Shown: positions 19,137-29,025, numbered from the stretch's first letter. The stretch: 41,744 nucleotides of DNA from Promethearchaeota archaeon (GCA_048939765.1 JBHLPF010000033.1:1-41744), one strand, 5' to 3'. Numbers and translations are program-made. Notes: generated by a model from the sequence alone, not told the origin.

Positions 19137-20633
19137 TTGAAACCACTCGGTACTATCACAAAGTACTATCCTTTCATCGATGAGGAAACCAAGACAATAC
19201 TGGACTCGCTCATGGAGGGCTCGAGTAGTTACTATGATTTTGTCCAGCTATTGTGTGACACAGTCCTTGAAAATGAGGTTCCTGAGAATCTGGCTTATAT
19301 CGCAGCTGTCCAAGCATGGTGGTGCAGACTCGATAAGGCCATAGAGGACATCCGAAAAAGATACGATGATGTGCCTCGCATGAAACCATGGGGGTATCTT
19401 CACTCAACTGCTGAGATTGATCAGGTCCGTTATCATGATTCTGTCGTTGAAGACATTGAGCAAGTGATGAGGTCCTCTCCCGAAGATTGGATTCTGACAG
19501 AACTTCACCTACTTCATGCACATTATCACTGGCCTATGTTCGGTGACATTCCAAGTCTTCTCGAACCGGTCGAAAGGGCAAGGGAACTGATGGCTGCAAA
19601 TCCTCTTCTGGAATGTTTTGAGGCTCAAGCCTGTTGGTATGAAGCATGGGCTAATAGAATTGAAGGTGACATGAAGACTGCGATTGACATCTATCAAAGG
19701 GGCATTGAGCTCGCCGAGACTCACAATGATTACATACACCTGTGCATGAATCTGGGCGGAAAAGGTGATGCCCAGAAGAATGTGAGCATTCAAGATGCAA
19801 TGGCCTCTTTTGAAGCATCCTATGTGGTCACCCAGGACCTAAAGGTACCTTATTTAGAGGCCGAAGTCTGTCACGACTCTGGGGTTGTGTTTGAAACCGC
19901 AGGGGAGTACGACTTAGCACTCTCAAGTTTTCACGAAGCTTGGAAAGTGCAAGGTTTCACGGTTTTACCGGCACTGTCTAGAGTCTATGCCAGGTTGGGA
20001 GATGGTCAACAAGCTCTTGAATATGCGCAATCCTATATGGACTCTTTAGGTCAAGACGAGATTCTTGGTGGTTATCTTGTGAGAGCTATAGCTCTGGCAG
20101 AGCTAGATAGAGTGGCGGAGGCAGAAAGGGACCTTGTCAAGGTGTATCCGCTCGTGATGCAGAGGGGTTTGGATCGGGTTCTAGGCAGGTACTATATCGC
20201 ATCGGGAATTGTTGAGCGGGCAAGGGGTGATTACTTAGCTGCTTCAGATTCCTTTGAGAAGGCTCTAGATATTTTCGAGCAAGTAGGCGATGTTCGTGGT
20301 GAGAAGAGTCGCGCACTCTTGGGATTGGCCAAGGCTGAGATTCTGCTTGCTGAGAAGTCAGCAAGTGGCGAGAAGAGTATCACACCAGGCACTTGGCTCT
20401 GCAGGGCTGAGAAGCATGCGGTGGATAATGACTTCCCTGGCATTAGAATGCAGGTTGCCCTTCTAAAGGCTGAATTCTATCAGAGCCATGGACAACTCAA
20501 AGATGCACTTGGAACACTTCAAGAAGGATTGAAGATAACTGACTCACTTGGTGTCGAATCGCTGAGGAGGAGAATCCATTCGCGAATCCGAGAAGTCAAA
20601 CAGTTGATTTTAGATGAGGAGATTGTTTCATGA
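19137..20633 (+). CDS. TPR/helical-repeat protein, paralogue 2
   Basis: Collinear with paralogue 1; TTG start with the same SD context. Confidence 0.85.
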   Translation: MKPLGTITKYYPFIDEETKTILDSLMEGSSSYYDFVQLLCDTVLENEVPENLAYIAAVQAWWCRLDKAIEDIRKRYDDVPRMKPWGYLHSTAEIDQVRYHDSVVEDIEQVMRSSPEDWILTELHLLHAHYHWPMFGDIPSLLEPVERARELMAANPLLECFEAQACWYEAWANRIEGDMKTAIDIYQRGIELAETHNDYIHLCMNLGGKGDAQKNVSIQDAMASFEASYVVTQDLKVPYLEAEVCHDSGVVFETAGEYDLALSSFHEAWKVQGFTVLPALSRVYARLGDGQQALEYAQSYMDSLGQDEILGGYLVRAIALAELDRVAEAERDLVKVYPLVMQRGLDRVLGRYYIASGIVERARGDYLAASDSFEKALDIFEQVGDVRGEKSRALLGLAKAEILLAEKSASGEKSITPGTWLCRAEKHAVDNDFPGIRMQVALLKAEFYQSHGQLKDALGTLQEGLKITDSLGVESLRRRIHSRIREVKQLILDEEIVS

Positions 20634-22123
20634 AGCCGATGGGGACCATCACAAAGTACTATCCATTCATTGATGAGGAAAGCAAGTCTATACTCGACTC
20701 GATCATGGATGATTCGAGTAGCTACAATGATTTTGTGCAAAAGCTAAGTGAAGTAGTTCTCGAGAATGAAGTCCCTGTCAATCTAGCATATGTCGCTGCA
20801 GTTCAGGCCTGGTGGTGCAGATTTGAAGAGACCATGAATCGGATTCAAGAGAAATACAATGAAGTATTATGGATTAAACCCTGGGGCTATTATCACGGGT
20901 CCATGGAGAGAGACCAAATACTGCAGCATGACGAACTAGTTGGCTCGATAGATAAAGCAATCGACTGTTCTCATGAGGATTGGATAGAAACAGAACTTCA
21001 CTTGCTTCACACGTTCTTTCATCATCCCCTTGGTGATGTTATAAGCGTGCTCGAGCCACTTGAAAAAGCAAAGGTTTTGATTGATACACGTCCTCAATTG
21101 AGGTGCTTTGAATCTCTCATCTATGTATTCGAAAGCTTGCCAAAAGCGAGAGAAGGGGACATGAAGGGATGCCTTAGCGTTCTTCGAAAGGGTAGGGAAC
21201 TTGCTGAAGAGTATGATGATACGCTATACAAGTACATGAACATGCTCTCACAAGCAAACGTGTTGAAAGCCATTGATGTTCAGAGTGCGGCATCAGTGTT
21301 CGAAGACCTCTATGACCTCGTTCAAGATTTGGATGTTCCTTATTATTTGTGTGAAGTCTTGAACGATTATGCCATCGTGTTTGAAGCTAAAGGTGAGTTT
21401 GATCTGGCAATTTCAAGCCATTTTGAGGTCTTGAAGATTATGGGTGACCTTCGCCAATTTGACACATCTTGGATACTACTTGCTCGGAATTACGCCGAAC
21501 TAGGTGATGGTCATCAGGCTCTTGAATGGATTAACAGAGGGCTCGAAAGTTGCGGCCCCCTTGATACTCCAACAATGTATAGTGTAAAAGCATGGGCATT
21601 GGCATTGTTAGACCGAATAGAAGAAGCCGAAGAAACACTAGAAATTGCACATTCATTGACAATCAAATCTGGCTTGGAAGTTCATTTGCAAAACCACTAT
21701 CATTTTTCAGGTGTTGTCGATTTGAAAAAGGGCAATCTACTAGATGCATTGGGTCTTTTTGAAAGAGCTTGGGAAATCGCTGGACGGAGTCTAGATATTA
21801 CGGCCATGAACCGTGTGCTCCTTGATCTAGCTCGGGTCGAGATTTTGATTGACAACCAATCAACCAATAGAACGAAAGTTGTCGTTCCGGGAAAGTGGCT
21901 CTCCAAGCTTGAAACACACGCAATGGAACGTGACTTGCCTGGTATCAGAATGTACGCTGCACTCCTCAAGTCCGAGTTCTATCAGAAGCATGGTCAAGTC
22001 AAAGATGCAATTGCGACACTTGAGGATGCGCTGGGTATCACGGACTCGCTGGGAGTAGAAACTCTCAGAAAGAGGATAACTGAAAGAATCACCGAGCTGA
22101 ATCGCGTTCTAAAGGATGCATGA
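20630..22123 (+). CDS. TPR/helical-repeat protein, paralogue 3
   Basis: Collinear with paralogues 1 and 2; ATGA overlap with paralogue 2. Confidence 0.85.
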   Translation: MKPMGTITKYYPFIDEESKSILDSIMDDSSSYNDFVQKLSEVVLENEVPVNLAYVAAVQAWWCRFEETMNRIQEKYNEVLWIKPWGYYHGSMERDQILQHDELVGSIDKAIDCSHEDWIETELHLLHTFFHHPLGDVISVLEPLEKAKVLIDTRPQLRCFESLIYVFESLPKAREGDMKGCLSVLRKGRELAEEYDDTLYKYMNMLSQANVLKAIDVQSAASVFEDLYDLVQDLDVPYYLCEVLNDYAIVFEAKGEFDLAISSHFEVLKIMGDLRQFDTSWILLARNYAELGDGHQALEWINRGLESCGPLDTPTMYSVKAWALALLDRIEEAEETLEIAHSLTIKSGLEVHLQNHYHFSGVVDLKKGNLLDALGLFERAWEIAGRSLDITAMNRVLLDLARVEILIDNQSTNRTKVVVPGKWLSKLETHAMERDLPGIRMYAALLKSEFYQKHGQVKDAIATLEDALGITDSLGVETLRKRITERITELNRVLKDA

Positions 22124-22197
22124 GCACCCCTGATATATACAATATTTATTATTATAAGATAATAACATATACTAAGACTGTTGTTGGAGGCTTTGCG

Positions 22198-22359
22198 ATG
22201 TCGAACTCTCAAGTTTGCAGATTTCGTTATAGAAATGGGTCGAAGTCCTTCCGTCTCAATATTCGGTATTATCCTGTGGATTCAAAGCACCCGGAAGAGA
22301 TAATGGCCAATTTCGCTGATCTTCTTAGATATGCATTGGGCGTATCCTTAGGCAGCTAA
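22198..22359 (+). CDS. Small hypothetical protein (53 aa)
   Basis: GGAGG SD 7 nt before ATG 22198; AT-rich TATA-containing tract at about 22134-22172. Confidence 0.55.
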   Translation: MSNSQVCRFRYRNGSKSFRLNIRYYPVDSKHPEEIMANFADLLRYALGVSLGS

Positions 22360-22472
22360 TTCAGCATTCCTTTTCTGTATCAGCTATTCCTGCAATTGCG
22401 TCATAAGGTCAAGGCCATCGACCAGATTTATTATAGCGCAGTGCTGCCCTTCCGTTCCAGGGAATATTCAAC

Positions 22473-23960
22473 ATGGACGGCACTGAAGAGGAAATGAATG
22501 GGCTCCCCACTGATTTTGATGAGCGTTTGCCACCAAGATCTAAGTTTGCCTTTGGTCTATCTCAGGCCTCCATAAACATCCTTCAAGTCATTGCGCTAGG
22601 GTCCGCAATCACTTTCTTTTACAATGTCAAGCTAGGACTAAGTGAGGAATGGGTCTCTCTTGCTTGGCTCCTGTTTGCCATATGGAACGCCATTAATGAT
22701 CCTCTCTTTGGAATTCTTCAAGAGCGGATTAATACGGACATCGGACGGCGGATTCCTGTCTTGCGCTTCGGAGCCCCAGTTTATACGATTACTTTTCTCA
22801 TATGCTGGTTTCCCTTCTTGGATAGCACGCAAATAGCCCTCTTCTGGAACTTTCTACTCGTCTTATTCCTTTTCGATTCAATGTTCACAATGGTTGGACT
22901 CGTGCAAACGGCTTTGCCCGCTGAGATGTGCATAACCCAAGAAGCTAGATCTGGACTTAGTCTGTATAACGTGGTTCTAGGGTCCATTGGTGGACTATTG
23001 GGGATGATAATCCCATTGGTCCTCCTCACTGATGTGTCCACAACCGTGCTCAATCCTCTCTTCAGGCCAGTGATGATTCTGGCAGGCTTCATTGCAGGGA
23101 CAATCCTGTTTCTCTCAAGTTATGCTCTCACGGAAAACGAGTACGCAAGGATTGAGGAGACTCTCAGCTTTAAGGAATCCATGGTTGAGACTCTCAAGAA
23201 CAGGGAATTTCTGGCATTTGAGGCAATGAATTTCCCTCGTGAGTTTGCCTTCACGATAGTGACTGGTTCCATGATCTATTTCGTCCAGTATGTGTTGGAC
23301 TTACAGGGCTTCATGGCTTCTGTTCCCTTGGCAGCCATTTTCGTTGTCATGCTCATCTTTAGTTTCTTGGCAGACAGAATGGTGAAGAAGCGGGGACTAA
23401 AGCAGGTCTATATTATTGGATCAGTGATAGGTGGTGCCGGACTTTTTCTATTGCTATTCGCTGGTAGTATGCAATTGACAGTGATGCTATGCTTTGTTGT
23501 GGTAGGAATTGGCCTAGCTCCAGTCCTCTTGATTTTCAATCCATTGTTGGCTGATGTTATGGATTACGATGAGCTGCTCACAGGCAAGAGGCGAGAAACG
23601 ACTTACGCAGGAATGAACGCGCTGCTCACAAAACCAGCAATCTCTATTGCCAATGCGCTGTTCTTATTGATAATCAGTGGATTCGGCTTTGACAATACTC
23701 AAACTACGCAGTCAGAATCGGCAATCCTCGGAATTCAGTTGGGATATTCACTAATTCCAGCATTGGCATTCATACTTAGTGCCATTGCACTCTGGAAGTT
23801 ATACAAGTTAGATGGCAAAGAGTGGATAGAGAGGAAGGTCGAATTAGGAAAGGTTCGTCTGCAGAAAGAGAGGGATTACATTGAGCGTCTTCGGAGAGAA
23901 GGCAAGATATCCAAGGTTTATGAGAGAATCTATGGAGAGTCCCAGGACGAGACACGGTAG
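22473..23960 (+). CDS. MFS transporter, GPH (MelB-like) family
   Basis: WNAINDPLFG, GRRIP, LADVMDYDELLTGKRRE..YAG. Confidence 0.9.
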   Translation: MDGTEEEMNGLPTDFDERLPPRSKFAFGLSQASINILQVIALGSAITFFYNVKLGLSEEWVSLAWLLFAIWNAINDPLFGILQERINTDIGRRIPVLRFGAPVYTITFLICWFPFLDSTQIALFWNFLLVLFLFDSMFTMVGLVQTALPAEMCITQEARSGLSLYNVVLGSIGGLLGMIIPLVLLTDVSTTVLNPLFRPVMILAGFIAGTILFLSSYALTENEYARIEETLSFKESMVETLKNREFLAFEAMNFPREFAFTIVTGSMIYFVQYVLDLQGFMASVPLAAIFVVMLIFSFLADRMVKKRGLKQVYIIGSVIGGAGLFLLLFAGSMQLTVMLCFVVVGIGLAPVLLIFNPLLADVMDYDELLTGKRRETTYAGMNALLTKPAISIANALFLLIISGFGFDNTQTTQSESAILGIQLGYSLIPALAFILSAIALWKLYKLDGKEWIERKVELGKVRLQKERDYIERLRREGKISKVYERIYGESQDETR

Positions 23961-23982
23961 GCTGACCGTTGGGAAGTGCTTG

Positions 23983-24420
23983 TCACAATTCTACGGTGTA
24001 CTTTGAGCGAGTTTCATGATGGTCAAATAACATCCTCTTCAAATCAAGTCTAATCAGCGTGAAATTCGGATCTTCGGGCGATTTCCAGTATCCTGAAAAC
24101 CAAGGGATGACTGATGCAACATCATTGCGTGTACTCTGGTCTTCAACGATGATGGCATCTGCAGTCGCCCTCAAACAACCTGTCCTCTCTTCACCGGGAA
24201 CAACAAAAGTAAACTCCACATTAGAGTTTTTGCGTATTTGGCTCACTTTGTCATCTGCTGTTCTGGTGACAATCCAGAGATTATGATTGTGGACAGTTAA
24301 TGCCATCATTCGAACACGCGGTTGGTCCTCATCCAAGGTTGATAGGTGCACCAATCCTCCCGCCTCGAATAGCGGCCACACTTCGGAAAGCGGCATTCTT
24401 TCAGGATACGTTTTCTTCAT
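23983..24420 (-). CDS. Pyridoxamine 5'-phosphate oxidase-like FMN-binding protein
   Basis: LSTLDEDQPRVR.M, KVSQIRKNSNVE, YWKSPEDPNF. Start moved to ATG 24420 to remove the overlap with the upstream gene. Confidence 0.85.
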   Translation of the reverse strand: MKKTYPERMPLSEVWPLFEAGGLVHLSTLDEDQPRVRMMALTVHNHNLWIVTRTADDKVSQIRKNSNVEFTFVVPGEERTGCLRATADAIIVEDQSTRNDVASVIPWFSGYWKSPEDPNFTLIRLDLKRMLFDHHETRSKYTVEL

Positions 24421-24487
24421 AATGAGGAGGAAACGAGGCGGGATAATAAGGTACAATATCCAAGCAAGTTTTGTGCTTAGCATTGAC

Positions 24488-25321
24488 TTAGCGAGCCAGA
24501 GTCCAAACGTAACCTTTCTTTTCTCTTGATAGCCTCTTGGTGATTCTTTGCTCTTGTTCAAGCAGAATCAGATTTCTAGGGACACGATCCTTGCACTCAT
24601 CTGATTCCTTAGAAGCCTCTTCAATGATTTCTGATGTCGTTGCTTCGCCAAGACGTTCTAGGATTCTGATGACCCTCTGTTTGGTATCAGGGCTTTCAAG
24701 ATCCATACGCAGTGCCTTTATGATGAGTGTAAACGCAAGAGCAACTTCTGCGATGATTGCAAATAGCACTCCGTAAGTCGACAACCAAATAGCGTCCGAC
24801 ATGATAGTATGAGTTAGACTTTGGAATAGGTAGCCAATTGAACCACCAATTATCAGCGAAATGCCCAACACTCTTCCAAGGTAGCCTGAGATGAAAACCA
24901 AATACCCGACCACTAGCAGATGAAGACCAAAGACAGCTATTCCAAAGAGCAACACTTGGTAAAAGAATGGTATCTCGGCGAACAGCAATATCATACTTAC
25001 TATGAAGATTACGACCTCAATCTGACGCAATCTTTGGGCCACCTTTGAAATCTTCTTGTTCACTGAGGTTAGTACATTATTGAGTGGAATTGGAATGATG
25101 AAGCTAAACAGGGACATGAAGAACAAAGCGGTTATTACGCCAATGAAGAGGATTAAGTTAGATTTAACAGCTTGAGCAGCAACTATCATAGCTTCTCCAG
25201 GAACGTAGAAGATGGTGTTCAAAGAGAGAAATACTAGTGACCCGAGTGCTAGTCTTACAAGTATGAAAATCCCCGAATTCCTTGCACACCCTTGTCTTTC
25301 TAGAGATAATCCCTGACTCAA
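24488..25321 (-). CDS. DUF4386-like membrane protein fused to a C-terminal winged-helix domain
   Basis: FGLHLLVVGYLVFISGYLGRVLG...GY...AEV membrane part; tail RVIRILERLGEATTSEII...LE....ITKRLSREKKGYVW. GGAGG SD before TTG 25321. Confidence 0.7.
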   Translation of the reverse strand: MSQGLSLERQGCARNSGIFILVRLALGSLVFLSLNTIFYVPGEAMIVAAQAVKSNLILFIGVITALFFMSLFSFIIPIPLNNVLTSVNKKISKVAQRLRQIEVVIFIVSMILLFAEIPFFYQVLLFGIAVFGLHLLVVGYLVFISGYLGRVLGISLIIGGSIGYLFQSLTHTIMSDAIWLSTYGVLFAIIAEVALAFTLIIKALRMDLESPDTKQRVIRILERLGEATTSEIIEEASKESDECKDRVPRNLILLEQEQRITKRLSREKKGYVWTLAR

Positions 25322-25482
25322 TTGACTTCCTCCGACTTCTTTGCACACATTTCGAATTCATCGCGACTTTATCTCTTTTGGAAGGCTGCTGATAGTGCCT
25401 GTTCACAGAATCTCATACCAAAAGAATTAACTATTGTTAATGCTTCATGGAACTACTCGAATTGGGCAAGGGATCTAGCGAA

Positions 25483-25905
25483 ATGACAAAAGAAGGAAAC
25501 ATCGAAACCGTTCGAAGATTTGTGAAACTTCTCGAGCAGAGAAAATTCGACGAATTTGCTGAACTCTTCAGCGAGGATGCAGAATGGATTCAACCATATA
25601 GTTCCGGCCTATTTCCCTCGAAAGTAGTCGGTCGGAATGCCATTCGAGATGCTATCGCAGATTCAGCTTCGAATTTTGATGACATTCGATTTCCGATTGA
25701 GGAGATTCTTCCTCTGGAGGATTCAAGAAGAATTGTAATGAAGCACACTGGAAAACTCGAGATCTCCGGCGGCAAGGGTACCTATGAGAATGACTACTTG
25801 GCTTTCTTTTCCCTTGATGAAGAGGGGAGAATAACAGAGTGGATTGAATACTACAATCCGATAACTGCTGCGAAGGCATTCGGTTTGATTGACAAGATAA
25901 AGTGA
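25483..25905 (+). CDS. NTF2-like (SnoaL/PhzA-B-like) protein
   Basis: LFSEDAEW..P, GRNAI, YENDY, GRITEWIEYYNP. ATG 25447 is an alternative start. Confidence 0.85.
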   Translation: MTKEGNIETVRRFVKLLEQRKFDEFAELFSEDAEWIQPYSSGLFPSKVVGRNAIRDAIADSASNFDDIRFPIEEILPLEDSRRIVMKHTGKLEISGGKGTYENDYLAFFSLDEEGRITEWIEYYNPITAAKAFGLIDKIK

Positions 25906-26035
25906 GGACGTAATCGCTTGGTATAGTTCCCTCTTCTGCTGACCTCATAGCTACGCGATAGGGAGATTGAAACTCAATCACAGGCATTGAATGGGACAGT
26001 AGTGGATTAACTAGCCCAATTTAATTCCGACGTGA

Positions 26036-26260
26036 TCATTCATTACCTCTCGGGAAATCGATGTAGGTTCCAGAATCCTGAAGCCTCACATGCAGGCCGG
26101 GTACATTCTTCATGTGTTCACTATTGCCCTCTCCAAACCGCTCTTGGGTTTCTTTTTTCTCAATGCGGATACGTATTCTGAGAGAGATGTAAAGGAGAGT
26201 GAAGAGAAGTAACAAGTATATTGACAGTCTTGATGCAACAGCAGCTGCTTCCCCTACCAT
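26036..26260 (-). pseudogene. C-terminal remnant of an ICMT/PEMT-family gene
   Basis: RLSIY...LRIRIRIEKKETQERFGEGNSEHMKNVPGLHV...FPRG aligns with the end of the adjacent gene (RLSVY...LRLHIRREERELIERFGDGYSDYMRSVPALYV...FLRG). Conserved E/Y residues are decayed and the 5' part is missing. Confidence 0.72.
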
Positions 26261-26304
26261 GCTTATTAAGTGGCTACAACACGTTCATTTTATTCGTGGT
26301 TGCG

Positions 26305-27192
26305 ATGCATCTGAAAGGAATTGAGAAACTGCGAGAGAAATTGCCCGACTATCCCGGGAACCGAATAGGAATCATTCTTCTAGGAGGCTTCTTTGGGATG
26401 ATAGTGGGCTACTCCCTCATGATATTCCTAGACATAATTGCCCGGATTCTTCCTGACGTCACCTTTCTTGCGTCAATTGAACCCTATTTGCCGTTTGTTG
26501 GGAGTGTCATTGTCGGAGGAATTGGAATACTACTCATCAGAAGAATCTGGGACCTACGTGATGAGAGGAAGAGGGAATACGGGAATCTGGCATATCAGAG
26601 AATGATTCCTATTGGAGTGGCGGGGGTCTTCCTCATCCCCTCAGTTGTCTTTCATGCGTTTACATCTATTCGATCCTTGCCACCTGGGCCCCCCGTTAAT
26701 AATCTGACATCCCATTGGTCACAATCCCTTCTCTCAATAGTCGGAATTCCGGCCGAGTTTGATGTTATTCTTCGCCTAGCAATCAGCTCAATCTTTATCC
26801 TTATTGGTATCCTACTTGTAAGGAGCGCAATCCTGACTTTCGGGATAGACTACATGACTGTCGTCTACCTATACTTCCCAGAAGAATCAGAAGTGCAGCA
26901 GAGTGAGATCTACTCCGTCATTCGGCACCCCGCCTACCTTGCTGTTGTTCTTTTTGGATTAGCGGCCCTGTTCTTTAGGCTCTCTGTCTATTCGATTGGA
27001 TTCTGTATCATTATCTATGCATTACTCAGGCTCCACATCCGAAGAGAAGAAAGGGAGCTTATTGAAAGATTTGGAGATGGGTATTCTGATTATATGAGGA
27101 GTGTTCCTGCGCTATACGTCAGTCCAAGGAATTACAGGAAGTTCTTCAGATTCCTTCGGGGAACTGCTCCGCTTCATAGTATGGGTGGCTGA
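26305..27192 (+). CDS. ICMT/PEMT-family methyltransferase with extended N-terminal membrane region
   Basis: IYSVIRHPAY, EERELIERFGDGYSDYMRSVP. Start reassigned to ATG 26305. Confidence 0.82.
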   Translation: MHLKGIEKLREKLPDYPGNRIGIILLGGFFGMIVGYSLMIFLDIIARILPDVTFLASIEPYLPFVGSVIVGGIGILLIRRIWDLRDERKREYGNLAYQRMIPIGVAGVFLIPSVVFHAFTSIRSLPPGPPVNNLTSHWSQSLLSIVGIPAEFDVILRLAISSIFILIGILLVRSAILTFGIDYMTVVYLYFPEESEVQQSEIYSVIRHPAYLAVVLFGLAALFFRLSVYSIGFCIIIYALLRLHIRREERELIERFGDGYSDYMRSVPALYVSPRNYRKFFRFLRGTAPLHSMGG

Positions 27193-27202
27193 TAGCATGT
27201 GC

Positions 27203-28828
27203 TCAGGGAATTGCTTGGTCATCGATTATCTCTATCTGGAACATCTTGCCGTCTCGCCAAAGCTCACAGGTCCTTTGCAGTGACCACAAGTAAGTTCCAT
27301 CCCATGCCAAAGCATCTGTTCCCCATGCGACGGGATAGATTTTGCCTGCTAGGGTCCAATTCGAGTCCCATTTTGTTAAGTGGAGGCCTGATTCTCCCCA
27401 AAAGAAAGACCCTGTCCATACAATAGAGCCCGCAGAAGGTCCTCCTTTAAAGGGGATCTCCGAAATCAGACTCCCTGTCATGTTCATTTTGTAGACAACT
27501 GATCCCGCGACTGTGTACAGGAAGTTGCCATCACATGCCAGGGTAGCGTAACCTGCCTCCTCCGAATGAGGGGTAGAAAATGAAGTCAGGAGCTCTATAT
27601 GACCGCTTGAGTTGATTGTGAATTTGAAGATTTTCCGGAAGGTCAGGTCATTGACCCAGAAGTATTTGCCATCATTGGCCAAGCCGCGAGGATTGAAAAC
27701 GAAATCATTGCCGTAGAAGGAACGGTTTCCTGTAACAGGATCGATCCTCACGAAATCCTGATAGGTTCCTTTTGTGTACGAAGCTAGGTCGAAACGCCAG
27801 AGACTTCCATTCAAGAAGGTGAGTGCAGCCCCAATTGTGGTTTCATTGTCAATGCGCTTCACAACTCTGCGTGTTTCATCCTCCACTGAATAGACATAGA
27901 GATACTCGTCCTCTGGATCACCAGGAATGTACCCTAGCTCTACTCGTTTACTATCTGGAAAATCGAGAGTTGGAATAGATACCGTGCCGCTTCCAAAATC
28001 ATTGTCGTGTGTTGTATTTGTCGTCGTAGAATCAAGCATTACTGGGGGATCTTCGATATTCTCGAATCGGTTCCCGATGATTGAAACTCTGGAGAATTCT
28101 CTTGCAGATATTGCTCGGCCCGTGTAATTGACGAAATAGTTCCCTTCAATTGTTGCGTTTGAGAATTCTGCGTGAATTCCATTGTGCCCTCCTCTGAAGA
28201 TGTTGTAGCGAATTGTTACATTGGGATTTCGAAGTTCCATTATGAGTTCATGGTAGGCATTTTCGTAAAGGAGATTGTATTCAATAATAGGGGATGATGC
28301 AAAAGAAGCAATCCCCTCTGTATTTGACCATCTCACAATAGAATGAGAAATGATGACTTGTGAGCCCCACTGTTCAATCCCTATTATGCTAAACTCAATG
28401 ATCACATACTTGAAGACGGTGTCATTTGTACCTGAACAACTAATTCCTCCCCAATCACCATTTATTGGCTCATCAGCATCCGACGTGAACCATATCTGCT
28501 GCTCTGGAGTGCCTATGGCAATCACGGTGCCGCCTGCAACAAAGAAGCTCACAGAGGTGTCTTCTCTGTACCCTCTGTAGTGCCTGAACTCAACCCACGT
28601 ACCAGGGAGGATTGTTAGGGTTACATTCTCAGGAACAACCACAGTATCATCAACATGAACCAGCCCAGACCAAGTGGTGTCCTCCTCCAACGTTCCTTCA
28701 ACGAATGTCACTCCATCATCTGGAAAGCCGTAGTTAATAAGAACCAAAATTGATACAGTTGAAATAACCACAATAGCCACGATGAGTAGGGCGATGAACT
28801 TCTTGCTTGACAGCATTGAATTGGTCAT
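27203..28828 (-). CDS. Membrane-anchored extracellular protein: parallel beta-helix plus beta-propeller-like domain
   Basis: N-terminal KK plus TM helix; TLTILPGT, FTS....GDWGGI, IxxNxF repeats; C-terminal LAxDGxYxW repeats. Confidence 0.8.
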   Translation of the reverse strand: MTNSMLSSKKFIALLIVAIVVISTVSILVLINYGFPDDGVTFVEGTLEEDTTWSGLVHVDDTVVVPENVTLTILPGTWVEFRHYRGYREDTSVSFFVAGGTVIAIGTPEQQIWFTSDADEPINGDWGGISCSGTNDTVFKYVIIEFSIIGIEQWGSQVIISHSIVRWSNTEGIASFASSPIIEYNLLYENAYHELIMELRNPNVTIRYNIFRGGHNGIHAEFSNATIEGNYFVNYTGRAISAREFSRVSIIGNRFENIEDPPVMLDSTTTNTTHDNDFGSGTVSIPTLDFPDSKRVELGYIPGDPEDEYLYVYSVEDETRRVVKRIDNETTIGAALTFLNGSLWRFDLASYTKGTYQDFVRIDPVTGNRSFYGNDFVFNPRGLANDGKYFWVNDLTFRKIFKFTINSSGHIELLTSFSTPHSEEAGYATLACDGNFLYTVAGSVVYKMNMTGSLISEIPFKGGPSAGSIVWTGSFFWGESGLHLTKWDSNWTLAGKIYPVAWGTDALAWDGTYLWSLQRTCELWRDGKMFQIEIIDDQAIP

Positions 28829-29025
28829 TGCAGGTCCACCTAGTAGATTGTCTTTTCACGATTGGCTCAGTCCTCTTTAAAGCTTTCAAACATTTCTGAC
28901 AGCCACTAATTGCAGAACTCCATGAATCATTTCTGAATTCAGTTATTTCTAAGACGCGATATCATTGATGACATGAGTTAATAGGTGGGGCAGTTATCTA
29001 GTACCCAATAGGAGTTGGAGATTGA

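Noticed and set aside
25949-25961. AGCTACGCGATAG resembles the tRNA-Cys D-arm region (12/13)
   Set aside because: Too short and internal to the tRNA; expected by chance.
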